The position numbers were made by a program, and so were the translations under genes. Under the pieces are notes generated by a model. It was not told the origin of the DNA. It saw only the letters and a list, made by a program, of their open reading frames with translations, and searched no databases. Positions 12,560-24,728 of a stretch of DNA of 64,000 nucleotides are shown in pieces (position 1 is the first letter of the stretch; the number at the start of each line of letters is the position of its first letter). The DNA is taken from NCBI RefSeq assembly GCF_004010195.1, contig NC_057732.1, positions 33,682,584-33,746,583 of the forward strand, given 5' to 3'. This stretch comes from Chiloscyllium plagiosum (Eukaryota).

Positions 12560-12900
12560 CAAGTGGTATTATTGCTGGATTACTATTCTAAAGACCCAAG
12601 TAATGTTCTGGGGACCTGGGTTAGAATCCTGCCATGGCAGATAGCAGAATTTCAATCCAATAAAAATCTGGAATTATTCGTCCAATGTTGGCCATGAATC
12701 TACTGTCAATTGATGAAAAAATCCATCTGGTTCACTAATGTCCTTTAGGGAAAGAAATTGCCATCCTTATCTGGTTTGGCCTACATGTGACTCCAGATCC
12801 AAAGCAATGTGGTTGACTCTCAACTGCTCATTGGGCAATTAAGGATGGGCAATGAATGCTGGCTTAGCCAGCAATGTCCTTATCCATGAATGAATTAAAA
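12560..12900 (+). mobile_element. Second tRNA-derived SINE family
   Basis: B-box-like gggttagaatcc. The 3' tail gggcaattaaggatgggcaatgaatgctggc...atgaatgaattaaaa resembles the LINE end at about 41880. A related minus-strand fragment lies near 61320-61510. Confidence 0.6.
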
Positions 12901-13129
12901 ACACAGCAGACTTATATTAAAGGATGTGATTCTTCAGAATGGAGGCAAAATGGCAAAATCAAACAAGAATATATATACAGTAGAAAACCTATCACTGCAA
13001 CAGGGTCAAATGGCATCTTTCCGGAGAAAATCAATTAGTATAATATGCTAAGATATGAAGTTAATGCTTCAAAAGAACACTTTCTAGTTTCCTATTCAGT
13101 TCTATTACTTGTTCTTCATTACAGCCAAA

Positions 13130-13280
13130 TATAGTGGAACATCGATTATCCAGCATTTGATTAACCGCATTTTGGATTATCCGAACAAGATCGCAAGGTC
13201 CCCATGCTTGTCTAACTATGTTAGTCAGTATTTGATTAAGGAACAAAATACTTCCCGCATGTGTCCTTCAGATAATTGAG
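13130..13280. mobile_element. Possible DNA-transposon (Tigger/pogo-like) MITE remnant
   Basis: tagtggaacatcgattatcc with internal gattatcc/gattaacc repeats and an inverted gataattgag at the far end. Confidence 0.35.
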
Positions 13281-13644
13281 CACACTGGCAAAAAGTGGAC
13301 TCTGCTATAGTGTGCACCCCATGAATTCCACCATTGACAATCTGGCTTCAGGTAGAATAGCTGATCCCTGAAGTATTCTGCATATGGAGCCTAACACTGA
13401 ATGTTCATCACTAGAATGACTTTTTTTTTAAAAAAAAAAGCCTCGTGGAAGTGTAAACATATGGTCAAAGAAGTCCCAAAGTATCTTCACATTAGGTTCA
13501 AATGTTAAGTGCTCCTATTCCAAGTTGAGACACTTGAGAAAGTCCCAAATGCTTGAAGACTGCTAATTCAATTTCATCACACAGTATATGAAATCTTACT
13601 TAAAAACATACAAATAATACCTTTAGGACAGTAAACATATCTAC

Positions 13645-14751
13645 CTTGCCCAACCCAGGACAATTGTGCGAACCATCAGATTTGTACGGATTATAAATGA
13701 TTTCCTCATTATCTTTTTTCCCGTTGTTACTATAGCAGATTTCTCTATATTCTTCAATCTTTTCATTTATCTGCTTCAAGGAGAACATGCAGAAAGCAGA
13801 CTTATCAGATGAGGTTGTTTTTAGGTTACCTCTGTTAAACACAGCAAAGAGTATTTTATCCCGTGGAGTTACAGTCCCATATAAACCTGATCTGTTCATA
13901 TGCTGAGCAAGTTTTTCTCCAGGATGATTAATGTAAGCAGCCTGCACAAGATTACAATCATCACATTCCAAGACCATTTCAATGTAAGAATAATAAGAAG
14001 CATCAGAAATGCAAAGCCGTGATATGTAAGTTGTAGGTTCTTGTTGCGATCCATCCGTTCGAGAGAAAAGGAAATAAACAAACCCCCCATCTTCAAAAGA
14101 AAATTTAAAATCATGTCGATATTGTAGATGAGAAACTGGTTTCAAAGCTGAAGAATCTTGAACAAGCTCAAAAAGGTGGCCCTTTTCAGAGAGTGTTCTG
14201 GTGCTTACTATTGCATTTGCAAATGTTTCAAAGTGTTTCCCAACAAACATTACTGGCTTGAGTTCATTTCTTGTGTCATTCATGAGAGTTATAAGGCCCA
14301 CAGTTGATTGATTACTTGCAACAAAAGTGGCTTCTCCACCATTCACATTTTCATATTTGATTACACTGATGTCATTCAGCTGCCTTATTGAGCATATTCC
14401 TTTAAATATATTTCCACATATTACAAGTCTTTCTCTATCTTTGTCTATTAAAAGGAGTTTATTGTAATTTTGAGTTAGTACTGTGTTTGAGCAAGTTGAA
14501 GGCTTTATTGGTGGCACACACTTTGGATTATCTTGTTTTGGACCAGTGTTTGCTTTCTTTTCCTCTTGGAGGTCTGATGTTAGTTGATAGAGGTAATTCA
14601 CTGCCCCAACATACACTTGCTCAGTGGTATCATCAATGGCCAAATGCAGTAGGTTTGTGGTGCTGGTAAATTCATTATATCCATCAACTCCAGGTTTAAA
14701 GCTCACATAAAAGGCTGTGAGTGCACAGAACATCCAAGTCCAAGGTGACAT
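13645..14751 (-). CDS. PLXNB2: Plexin-B2-like, first coding exon (signal peptide + N-terminal Sema domain, 369 codons)
   Basis: Translation MSPWTWMFCALTAFYVSF...LLHLAIDDTTEQVYVGAVNYLYQL...TGPKQDNPKCVPP...NKLLLID...CGNIFKGIC...FVASN...FVGK...IVSTR...FEDGGFVYFLF...RLCISDASYYSYIEMVLEC matches the plexin-B Sema domain from memory. FKGIC, IVSTR and FEDG point to B2 rather than B1. Acceptor tttttgcag| (exon starts 14764), ATG at 14751, donor AAG|gtagat at 13645, phase 0. The 442-aa track ORF overruns both splice sites. Confidence 0.9.
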
Positions 14752-15514
14752 TTCCAAAACCAAACTGCAAAAACACAAAAGATTTATTATAAATGAATTG
14801 TTGAGTGCATCTAATAAAACAAAACTTAACACAGTGATCATGGCCTTATTTTGAAGCGCTACATAAAAATAAACATAACCATCAATTATCTCAGCTCCTG
14901 AAGCCCACTCATTCCCAAACATTATCATCCTGAGCTATTTACATTAAATACTTCTTGCCCCAAATGATTACATGTAAAACAGCAAAGTACTTCGTATAAA
15001 GACAATTTCAACATTCTGACTTACATCTACACTGGTTCTTAACACAATCTTCCAAATGCAATCACAAACAGTCTACACAAGGTAAATGTAAATTACTTCA
15101 ATTTATAACCTAATGACTTTGCAGTTTACTTTCTCTAACCTCTTTCCAATGATTTTAGCAATGTTTTAAAATCATTTGTTAACCTCTCATTTGCTTTGCT
15201 TTTTCCTTATTTATTAGTGTTTTGATGCTCTTTTGATGAATTCTGTAATCCTCCCAATCCTCAGGTTTACTACTCTTTTTGGCAATTTTAATAAATCTCA
15301 TTCTCAGCTGTAATGTAATCTTAACCTCCTATCTATTCACAATTTCACCTTTTTTGCGAGTTTTTGCTCCTCAAATGAATGTACAATAATGTTGCATATT
15401 ATGTGTTAATTTTGTGTTAAGTATGTTAATAAACCCTTTTTCATTTCTTCATACTAGATTGAGATTATCCTGATCTCTATTTGGTTCTTCAAAATACTGA
15501 GATAGAAAATTAAA

Positions 15515-15710
15515 AGAAGACAAAGAACTGTGGATGCTGGAGATATGAAACAAAGACAGAAATTGCAGGAGAAACTCATCAGTCTATCTCTATTTGCAGA
15601 GAGAAAATAGAACCTGTTCAGTTCTCAAGAGTCGTCACTGGACTCAAAACGTAAACCAGATGTTGCCAGACCTGTTAAATTTTCCCAGCAATTTTTGATT
15701 TGTTTGTTTT
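15515..15710. mobile_element. Degraded fold-back pLTR-like element (family D)
   Basis: Inverted arms aaacaaagacagaaattgcaggagaaact and tttcccagcaatttttgatttgtttg; decayed hammerhead agttctcaagagtcgtcactggactcaaaacgtaaac. Confidence 0.55.
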
Positions 15711-17789
15711 AGAAAGCCACACTGTCGACGTAGATGAAGCTACTTTCAATACTTCTTGAAAATTGCCGCTCAGTCCATGTAAAAATTAATGTCCTTAATG
15801 ATTATTAAATTAACCTTGTTATGTGCTTCTCTATTTTTTTGATTTGTATACTTAGTCATATGCTAATACTTGTAGTAGACCTTTAAACAAGGCTTTTTGC
15901 AACTTTTTTTTTAAAAAGTTTAACTTAAATTAATTTCACTTCTCGATTTTGAGATATATTTTTTCTCATTAATGTCTTTTACCTATCTTTTATCAGATTA
16001 CCCCAACAATTACCACTACTAACACCACCTCCCTGTTCCCATTTTATCTTTTTCTTCTAAGTTTTACATATTCTGGAATCATTAGGTCCATTTGCAAACA
16101 TGTTTCTGTAATGGCTATTAGATTAAATTTATTAAGTTCAATCTGTAATGCTACAAGCCAAATTCATTATAATCATTAAGAAAGGTATCTAAGTAAGTTG
16201 GTTCTCAGTTTTCCTGTTCTCATTGGAATGTCCAAGATACTGGCAGGATAAATCAGGATCAATGCAGAAAACTCTCAATTGGCTAACTAAAGTTCTACTG
16301 CTTTTTTAACAAAATACTGAGCCAACCGCTTTGGAGGAAGCAGTTGTTGGTGCATCATTTGCTATGTGAACAACGCCATATGGAAAAGGACAAGCTTTTC
16401 TGTGAAGAGCGTTCATTCTTCCTAAATTAGCTAATTTCATGCAATTCCAGGTCCATCACAAAAATTATTTTTCTTCTTTTAGTCAATTATACATAATTTG
16501 AAAGCAGCCCAGACTTGATACGGTATATAAAGGATAGCAAGAGGAAATTCAATAATTATTCAACTAATTGATACCTAAAATTCAACTTGCTTTTTTTAAA
16601 CTAAGTAACTCATAGTTCTGAAGCCAGAGCTCAAACGTTTGCAGCCGGTGACATCTCTGACACATGGCCACATCTGGGTCATGAGAAGCATCCACAACAT
16701 GCCACAGGACTGCATTCCGCTTGGCTGAGATATTCTACTATGCCTTAACATTAAATGCATACATTAAAACTTTCAAATCACTGCATTTTAACCTTAATCT
16801 GGCAATTATCTATGAATTGTAAATCAGCAGATCGGTTAGAAAATGCGAGGGATGCTTAGTCAGTAATATTTTGTCTGATTAGAGTCAGAAAGAGAGGTTC
16901 AATTGCTGAACATGTCATTTGGGCCATCGTCTCTAGTTTCCCTCATTCAAGATGTTAAGCAGAGTTGCCTGTGGCTGCTGTGTTCATATCTTCCCCTTTT
17001 ATGAATTTCTTACTTTGTTTGCCATTCTCAAAATTATTCACTCTGTAAAAGATCTTATTGCTAGCTGGTAAACACTTCCTTTCTGGAATGATTATACAAT
17101 TTCAATATTTTCCTCAATGAAACATGGCAATCAATAAACAGCTGAATTATATTTTTTCGGCCAGTTTGAGCTGACTGTTTGGTCAAACATAGGACAATCC
17201 AAAAGCAGGCACCATTATGACACAATATAACAAAAAGAGTGCACAAGGAGTAGCCTACAATTACTGACTTTATCCTACTTACACTTTTCAGTAAAGTGAA
17301 ACCCTATTTATTATAATGTACACAATAGAAGTATAATGGAATATTCAAATTACAAATTTAAACTGATTGGGTTAAAATTGTCAGGTTGAAATTTATTTAA
17401 TGCAGAAAATGCCCCAAAGTAATGGGATACTTTGCTGTTGCCAGTGCAATGATCATGCTGCAGCTGAAGGAGAAAAACTGTGAGAAAAGCACACATGTGC
17501 TTAAATTCCAAACCAAAATACGTAAACCACTGACTAAACTTGGATTAAAATGAACTTAATTTCCCTTCTCCTCCCCTCACTACCGATGAATTGCAGCCAC
17601 TCAAAAGCACTGATTACATTTAGATGCATCATAACTGTCAGGCTAATTTTTCAACTGTTACTCTGGGAAACCTGTCTTTATTTATTCTGGAGTTGGGAGG
17701 TGTACAACAGAGGCACTAGACATATGCAACTGGGAAGAAACAGAGGAAAATGAATGCAGAAAAAGCAGTGGGAAGCAACAGGCAGCACT

Positions 17790-18150
17790 AGAATCACAGA
17801 ATCCCTACAGTACAGATAAAGGCCATCTAGCCCATCAAATCTGCACTGTCCCTATGAACTGCATCCCACCCAGACCCACCACACCCTATCCCTGAAATCC
17901 CACATGGGGCTTTACCCTCATAGCTAATCACCTAGCCTGCACATCCCTCGACACCATGGGCTATTTAGCGTGGATCTCCACTTAAACTGCACATTTTTGG
18001 ACTGTGGGAGGAAACCCGATCATCTAGAGGAAACCCACGCAGCCATTGGGAGAACGTACAAATCCACACAGTCACTTAAGGTTGGAATTGAATCATAGCC
18101 CCTGGCACTGTGAGGGAGCAGTGCTAACCACTGAGCCACAATGCTGACCC
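17790..18150 (-). mobile_element. HE1-like SINE
   Basis: agaatccctacagt...cagtgctaaccactgagccac. Confidence 0.8.
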
Positions 18151-18721
18151 AGTAGTGGAGGAAGCAGGGATGACAGAGGGCAACCTCAAGAATGCAAAAC
18201 TCCTGTGTACCTTTCAGATACAGTAAAATCTTACATCACTATTCAGGTATTCTGCCTGCAGATCCTATTCTGAAACTTGAAGATAATTTATTAATTGATC
18301 TGCAAAATGAAAGAAACACACATCCATTGTCAGTGAATGGGAAAGAGTAAGATCAACGTCACAATAAAACAAATTTGCCAAAAGCCATCTTCTGCGAACA
18401 ATTTGAAAGCTTCGTTCTGAATCGTAAGATTAACCAAACTTTTAATTTAAAATAGAACTTGTCACTCGAGGTTTTTTCATTTTCTTTTGCATTCATTCAA
18501 ATTTGACAGTGATGTCACATACATGCAGAATCATTCTTCAAAAAAAATTGGTCGCTCTCTTATTTACAATCATTCAAATTGAGATACTTTCCTGACACTT
18601 TAGATTGATTTATTTTAAAAAAAACAGATTTATTGCCTCATCTTAGCTCCAAGTCTGATGGTGTTGTCAGTTATTGGATAGAATGAACAATGCTAGTGTG
18701 GAGTCCTAAGCCTTACGTCAT

Positions 18722-19053
18722 CATAGAATCATGGAATCTCGGCAGCGTGGGAGCAGGCCGTTCGACCCATCGAGTCCACACCAACCTTTTGAAGAACACC
18801 ACCACCCCCTCGCCATTCCTTGTAACCCTGCATTTTCCATGGCAAACCCAGCTTGCCTGTGACTATGGGCAATTTAGCATGGCTAATTCACCAAACTTGT
18901 ATGTCTTTGGTAGGAAACCTGACAACCCCGAGGAAGCCTACACAAACACGGGGAGAATGTGCAACCTCCACACCGACAGTCACCCGAGGCTGGAATCAAA
19001 CCTGGGTCCCTGGCGCTTTGAGGCAGCAGTGTTAACCACAGAGCCATTGTGCC
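18722..19053 (-). mobile_element. HE1-like SINE
   Basis: catagaatc...ctatgggcaatttagcatggc...gaggcagcagtgttaaccacagagccattgtgcc. Confidence 0.8.
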
Positions 19054-19164
19054 AAGTCTATCTCTGGCATGACCAGAAACAGACTAAATTGGTCACTTTT
19101 GAGTTTTCTAAAAGACAGTTTTACATCAATTATTTGAACATTTTTACTACCAACTTAGCCTTAA

Positions 19165-19900
19165 TTGCAGATGATGCAAAAGTTTGCAAAATAGAAAATA
19201 ACGATGATGATGGTTATAGGCTTCAGGATTGTGATATGGGTAGAAGCATGGCAGATGGCCCTCAAGACAGGAAAGTGTGAAGCTGTGCAGTCTGGAATAT
19301 TGAAGAATGTGACGCATAAATGATATGACTTTAAAAAACATATGTCAGCAGAGAGATCTTAGTATCTATCCACAAAAATCCTTGAACATGACTAGGCAAG
19401 TTGAGAAAGTAATCAAAAAGGAATGTAAGTTACAATGGCTTATAAAGAGCGGATTGGAGTACAATAGCAAGGTGCTCCTGCTAAACCTGATAAATTAGGT
19501 CTCAAATGGAATAGTCTGGACAATTCTAGATATACATCTCAGGTAAGATGTCACTGTTTTAAAAAGGAGTACCATAATGTTACTCAAGATGAGGGAAAAA
19601 ATTGGTACTGTTTCTTCTTGGAACAGAGAAGACAAAGAGATGACCAAATAGACGTTTGCAATGGTGAGATGTTTGATAGAGAAACAAATTTGGCAAGTCA
19701 ATTGTTTGAAGGAATAGATTCAAAACCATTAACAAAAGTTCCAGACGGGAGGCTAAGACAATTATTTTTCAACTGGAATATTCTACTTGAAGTAGGTAAG
19801 AAAATATTGTAACTTAAACCAACAGAAAATATTAAAAAGGGATTAGAGCGAGTAATTGGGAATGAGATATTTAATGTTGCAGACAAAAAGCATAAATCAG
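19165..19900 (+). mobile_element. Highly degraded CR1-type LINE 3' fragment
   Basis: ADDAKV (gcagatgatgcaaaagtt), agagagatctt and ttcttggaacagagaag remnants in the expected order. Confidence 0.5.
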
Positions 19901-19958
19901 AGAGGAAGCACAGTCAGTCTTTTGAAAAGCTGCATAAACATGACGGTAGCTCTTTATG

Positions 19959-20977
19959 TGCCGGTTTTGGACTGGGGTGTACAAAGTTAAAAATCACACA
20001 ACACCAGGTTATAGTCCAACAGGTTTAATTGTAAGCACTAGCTTTCGAAGCACTGGTCCTTCATCAGGGGATTGTTGAGTACACGATTGGAAGACAGAAT
20101 TCATAGCAAAAGTTTACAATGTGATGTAGCTGAAATTATACGTTGAAAAAGACCTTGGTTGCTTGTTAAGTCTCTCATCTGTTAGAATGACTATGTTAAT
20201 TTCACTTCTTTCATACGTAAATCACAAAACCTTTTTAAAAAGTTACATTCTCAAGTGAACTTTAACAATTGGTGTCAGCCCACTGGTGTCAATTTTGCTA
20301 TAAATTCTGTGTCTTACAATCGCGTACTCCACAACCACCTGATGAAGGAGCAGCGCTCCGAAAGCTACTGCTTCCAATTAAACCTGTTGGACTATAACCT
20401 AGTCATAGAGTCATAGAGATGTACAGCATGGAAACAGACCCTTCGGTCCAACAATGTCACACAGAATCATGGATTAGGATTTCTTCAGATGGTGAGGTTT
20501 CCTGTCCCGCCACCTCCAGGGTCATTGGGGAGCACATCTCTGCCATTACTGGCTACCTATGGCCATTAAACATTGCAAGGAACATTAATTGGCTGGAGAT
20601 GAGACTTCTGCCCCTTCCCTTGAGAGAGGAAGTCCTATATCAGAGAGCTATTGGAAAGTCGAATTGGCTGACAGTTCTCTAGCCCAAGCAGCTCTAAAAG
20701 CTTAGTGAATGGGGCTGGGGCAACAAGCATCTCCCAGAGTCGAGGGCCAGGTGATTATTGGGGTTTTGGGTTGGAAAGGAGAGAGCATGCCGACCAGATA
20801 TCCCAACCCAATCTAGTCTCACTTGCCAGTACCCAGCCCACATCCTTCTAAACCCTTCCTATTCATATACCCATCCAAATGCCTCTTAATGTTGCAATTG
20901 TACCAGCCTCCATCACATCCTTTTGGCAGCTCATTCCATACACGTACCACCCTCTGTGTTGTGTGATTTTTATCTTT
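19959..20977. mobile_element. Fold-back element (family B) with two opposed hammerhead motifs, interrupted by a CR1 3' fragment
   Basis: Arms match 33806-34030. Hammerheads at 20036-20070(-) and 20336-20370(+). The right arm breaks at ggactataacct (20400) and resumes tgttgtgtgattttt at about 20957. Confidence 0.8.
20401..20957 (-). mobile_element. Short CR1 (HER1-like) 3' end carrying a ~340-bp foreign insert
   Basis: agtcatagagtcatagagatgtacagcatggaaacagacccttcggtccaac | insert | atgccgaccagatatcccaacc...cacgtaccaccctctg. Confidence 0.85.
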
Positions 20978-21691
20978 CTGTGCTGTAAAGTTACATGGGC
21001 TGAATTTACTCTCCCACCCCACTGCAAGATTGCATGTGGTGGTGGTTAGAATGAAGCAAAAACTTTTTTGGATAGCCTTCCCATCCATTCAGATCTCTCT
21101 GCAATTTTACAGTGGCATGGACATGACCTAGGCCTGACTGCCCTTGCTCCAACTATGGCCCTTAAGTAGTTTTTCCTGACCAGTTTCAACTTTCAGACAG
21201 TTGGGAGAAGTGTAGCAGCAGAATGAGGGGGGGAAGGAGGAAGTGGTGGGGAGCTCAGAGAGTTACTCTTCTCAGGACCAGGTGTGAAAATACAAGCCTT
21301 TACCAATGGTTTCTTGTGACCACCTTGGGTGCAGGATCTGCACAGCCATGAGTGCTCCCTCCCTTCCAATCCAAAACCCCAATAATCACCTGGCCCTCGA
21401 CTCTGGGAGATGCTTGTTGCCCCAGCCCCATTCACTAAGCTTTTAGAGCTGCTGGGGCTAGAGAACTGTCAGCCAATTCGACTTTCCAATAGCTCTCTGA
21501 TATAGGACTTCCTCTCTCAAGGGAAGGGGCAAGAGTCTCATGTCCAGCCAATTAATGTTCCTTGCAATGTTTAATGGCCATAGGCAGCCAGTAATGGCAG
21601 AGATGTGCTCCCCAATGATCCTGGAGGTGGCGGGACAGGAAACCTCACCATCTGAAGAAATCCTAATCCATGATTCTGTGCGACATTGTTG
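20449..21691. repeat. Inverted repeat with ~340-bp arms (20449-20787 and 21353-21691)
   Basis: caacaatgtcacacagaatcatggattagg...gagagca is the reverse complement of tgctccct...catgattctgtgcgacattgttg with few mismatches. Confidence 0.92.
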
Positions 21692-22479
21692 AATATGTCA
21701 TATTTCCTCTGTGATCAAAGGTAATACCTTCTTGCTCAAATAGATACAAAAAAACTTTATTGTATGGGTCCTTCTCAGCACTCCATATCAAAAACAGAAA
21801 AATAGTTATGCATATTTTTTGCTCTTTCTGGGAGTCACTTTATAAATTGACCTCCACATTTGCCTACTGAAGAATAGCAAATACACCACAAATATGATTA
21901 TTTAAAAAGATCTCTGGAATGTTGAGGATGTGATTTCAGTTCGAAATAAATGCAATCTTTTTCTGAAAGATAGAAAGTTCACACTAAAGTGAACATGTAC
22001 TGTATTAGTAAACAAGAGCAGTTCAAGTCAAAGAAACATAGGATGACAGAAGACACACAAGTTTCTTGAAAATTAAGTTTTTTATGGCATTTATTTCAGA
22101 TCGTTTCCATTGACACAAAGCTAATCTGATACCAGGCTGGCTTCTATGACAACAGCTGAGAGATATTAAAAACTATTCCTTGCAAATAAGTTATTTCAAA
22201 ATAACTCATATTTGTCCCAATTTATAAAGGAAGCATTGCTGCAGGAGATTATTGATACAACACTGCATTTGTGTTTATAAACACACATTACAGATGTCAT
22301 TCATCTTGCAAATTAGCAATGGCATGACAGGAAAGCCTAACCATTACAAAGCACAGATGACAGAATGATACCAGCTGCTCTCTCTCTCTCCCTGTCTATT
22401 GTTTTCATTTTGTTACTTATAATCTTCAAATCACATTGGTGTCACTTGTATCATAGCTCTGTTTCCCCACGAACAGTTA

Positions 22480-22940
22480 TAGAATCAGAGTCATACAGCA
22501 TGGAAACAAGCCCTTCAGTCCAACCTGTTCATGCCAAGCTGATATACCAAGCTGATCTAGTTCCATTTGTCAGCACTTGGCTCATATCCCTCTAAACCCT
22601 TCCTATTCATACCCATCCAGATGCCTTTTAAATGTTGTAATTGTACCAGCCTACTGGCAACTCATTCAATACACTCACCACACTCTGTGTGAAAAAGTTG
22701 CTCCTTTTAAATCTTTCCCCTCTCACCTTAAACCTATGCCTCTAGTGTTGGACTTCCTTATCCTGGGAAAAGACCTCGGCTATTCACCCCATGCCCCTCA
22801 TGATCTTATAAACATCTATAAGGTCATCCCTCAGCCTCCAACGCTCCAGGGGAAAAAAGCCCCAGTCTCTCCATATACCTTAAACCCTCTAACCCTTGCA
22901 ACGTTCTTGTAAATCTTTTCTGAACCCTTTCAAATTTAAC
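22480..22940 (-). mobile_element. CR1 3' fragment
   Basis: agagtcatacagcatggaaacaagcccttcagtccaac...tctgaaccctttcaaattt. Confidence 0.85.
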
Positions 22941-24589
22941 AATCATATTGATACCACCTTTGTGGATCTTGGTTCAACAAAGGCCAATATTTTTCTGCAA
23001 CAACCCAATCCTACATCAAAACTTATACTGCAAGTATCGAGCGGAGGATGGTTATGAAGAATGGTAAATCTTCAACAGTTCACACAACTAGATATAGTTC
23101 ACATAGAATGACATGAAAGAACATCTCTGGGATGGAAAGAAGCAAGAAACATAGATTGAGTTCATTCATTATAACAAAGCAATGGCATTAATGTCCACGA
23201 TTATCAGTTGTCTGAACTAGGTAATTTCCATATTAATGTCCAGATTTAACTCATTAAAGTTTACTCGCATCTCCTGGAATTGTTGGCCCATGTTTGTAAA
23301 CAAGGCTATCAGAACACCAATTCAACGGAGACTCATTTTCATTAGTTCATAAGTTTCATTAGTTTTTGCCTTAAAAAAGAGCTCCCTTCATATTCTCTTA
23401 AACCAAGCCAAAGGAAGGCAGATAAAAAGGTCCTGACCTCGGTGTGAAAGTGACTTCTACATAGCAGAGAATATAGTTCCGAAACTGTACTGACCCTGCA
23501 GCTCCTACCCCTGCCATTTATTATTCTGAATTTGCTAATGGCTTCTTTGTGATCAGAAGTCTTAGAAAACATACACCAGCAGTTCACAGTCTCTGGTCAC
23601 AGAATTCTATATTTAGATGCCCGGCTGGATTAGTTTGCCTCCAACCGCTTGTCAAATTGATACATCAACAGATAATAATTATTTATCAATTACACAATAA
23701 CGCTCAGCTGAAACGTTAAAACTTCCCATGGCATTGTGTCTATTACCATCAATGCATTTCTAGAAATAAGCTTTCAGCCAGATTCTGGTGATAATATAGA
23801 CAGGTAAGAGAATGGAGTGACTCCACCAAATTTCACTTTTGAGAACCTGTGATAATTCTTACCACATACCCTCCAGTCATTGTAGCTCATATCTTCAATG
23901 GAGAAGTCCTCTGGGGCATTTTGCCATCCAAAGCAAATGGGACTCCCTATTGGAAAGTTCTATATTTCAGGATGCTTCATGGCAAAAACCCTGAAATGCT
24001 TCACAGCCACTTTACAAATGCACACATCTGATTTTTCCTCCCACTTTTTCCTGGGACACAAGTGCTTCTGGCTAGTTCAGCATTTGTTCTCCATCCCCAA
24101 TTATCCTTGAGAATGTAATTGTAAAAGAGATTCCATTCCATTCTTTCATTCATTAAAGGACAGGCACCAAACCTTTTAGCTTCACTTCTCACCCATACTC
24201 ATTCCTTTTATTTATCCATAATGCACTTTGCTGGTATCAGGAGTGAGATATCAAAGGATGTGTTAATGGATCTGACTGTACACATTTACAGAGGCAAGAT
24301 GCAAAGATCAGTCAACTAATTGCCCGCATTCCAATCTGCAGCACTCAGCCAAGTGACAAGGACTAGTGCCAAATGTTGCTCATGGGTTAGCTAATAGTTC
24401 CAGAGCCATTTTAATCTAGACCCTTCTAAACAGTGAAGCCAGCAACATAGCTGTTTTGCAGAAGTTGTAGCACTAGGAAGAAATGGGTGACATGGAGGTC
24501 CTCTGATCTTAATGGGAGGAAGCCATTTAATTTCTTCGGATTGTGAAGCTGGCTGGTTGCTGCGCAAGAAGGTCTGCAACACCAGATTA

Positions 24590-24728
24590 TTACTGATTCC
24601 TGATGAAGTTCTTTTGTCCAAAACGTTGATTCTTTTGCTCCTTAGATGCTGCCTGACCTGCTGTGCTTTTCCAGCACCACACTCTCAACTCCAGCATCTG
24701 CAGTCCTCACTTTTGCCTAGTTGATTTT
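24590..24728 (+). mobile_element. Solo pLTR (family A) with 12-bp TSD
   Basis: TSD aacaccagatta at 24578-24589 and 24729-24740. Begins near attcctgatgaag (decayed hammerhead). Confidence 0.8.

Noticed and set aside
14752-14928. N-terminal 59 aa of the 442-aa ORF as real protein
   Set aside because: Mostly upstream of a canonical acceptor (exon starts 14764); the signal peptide begins at the Met at 14751.
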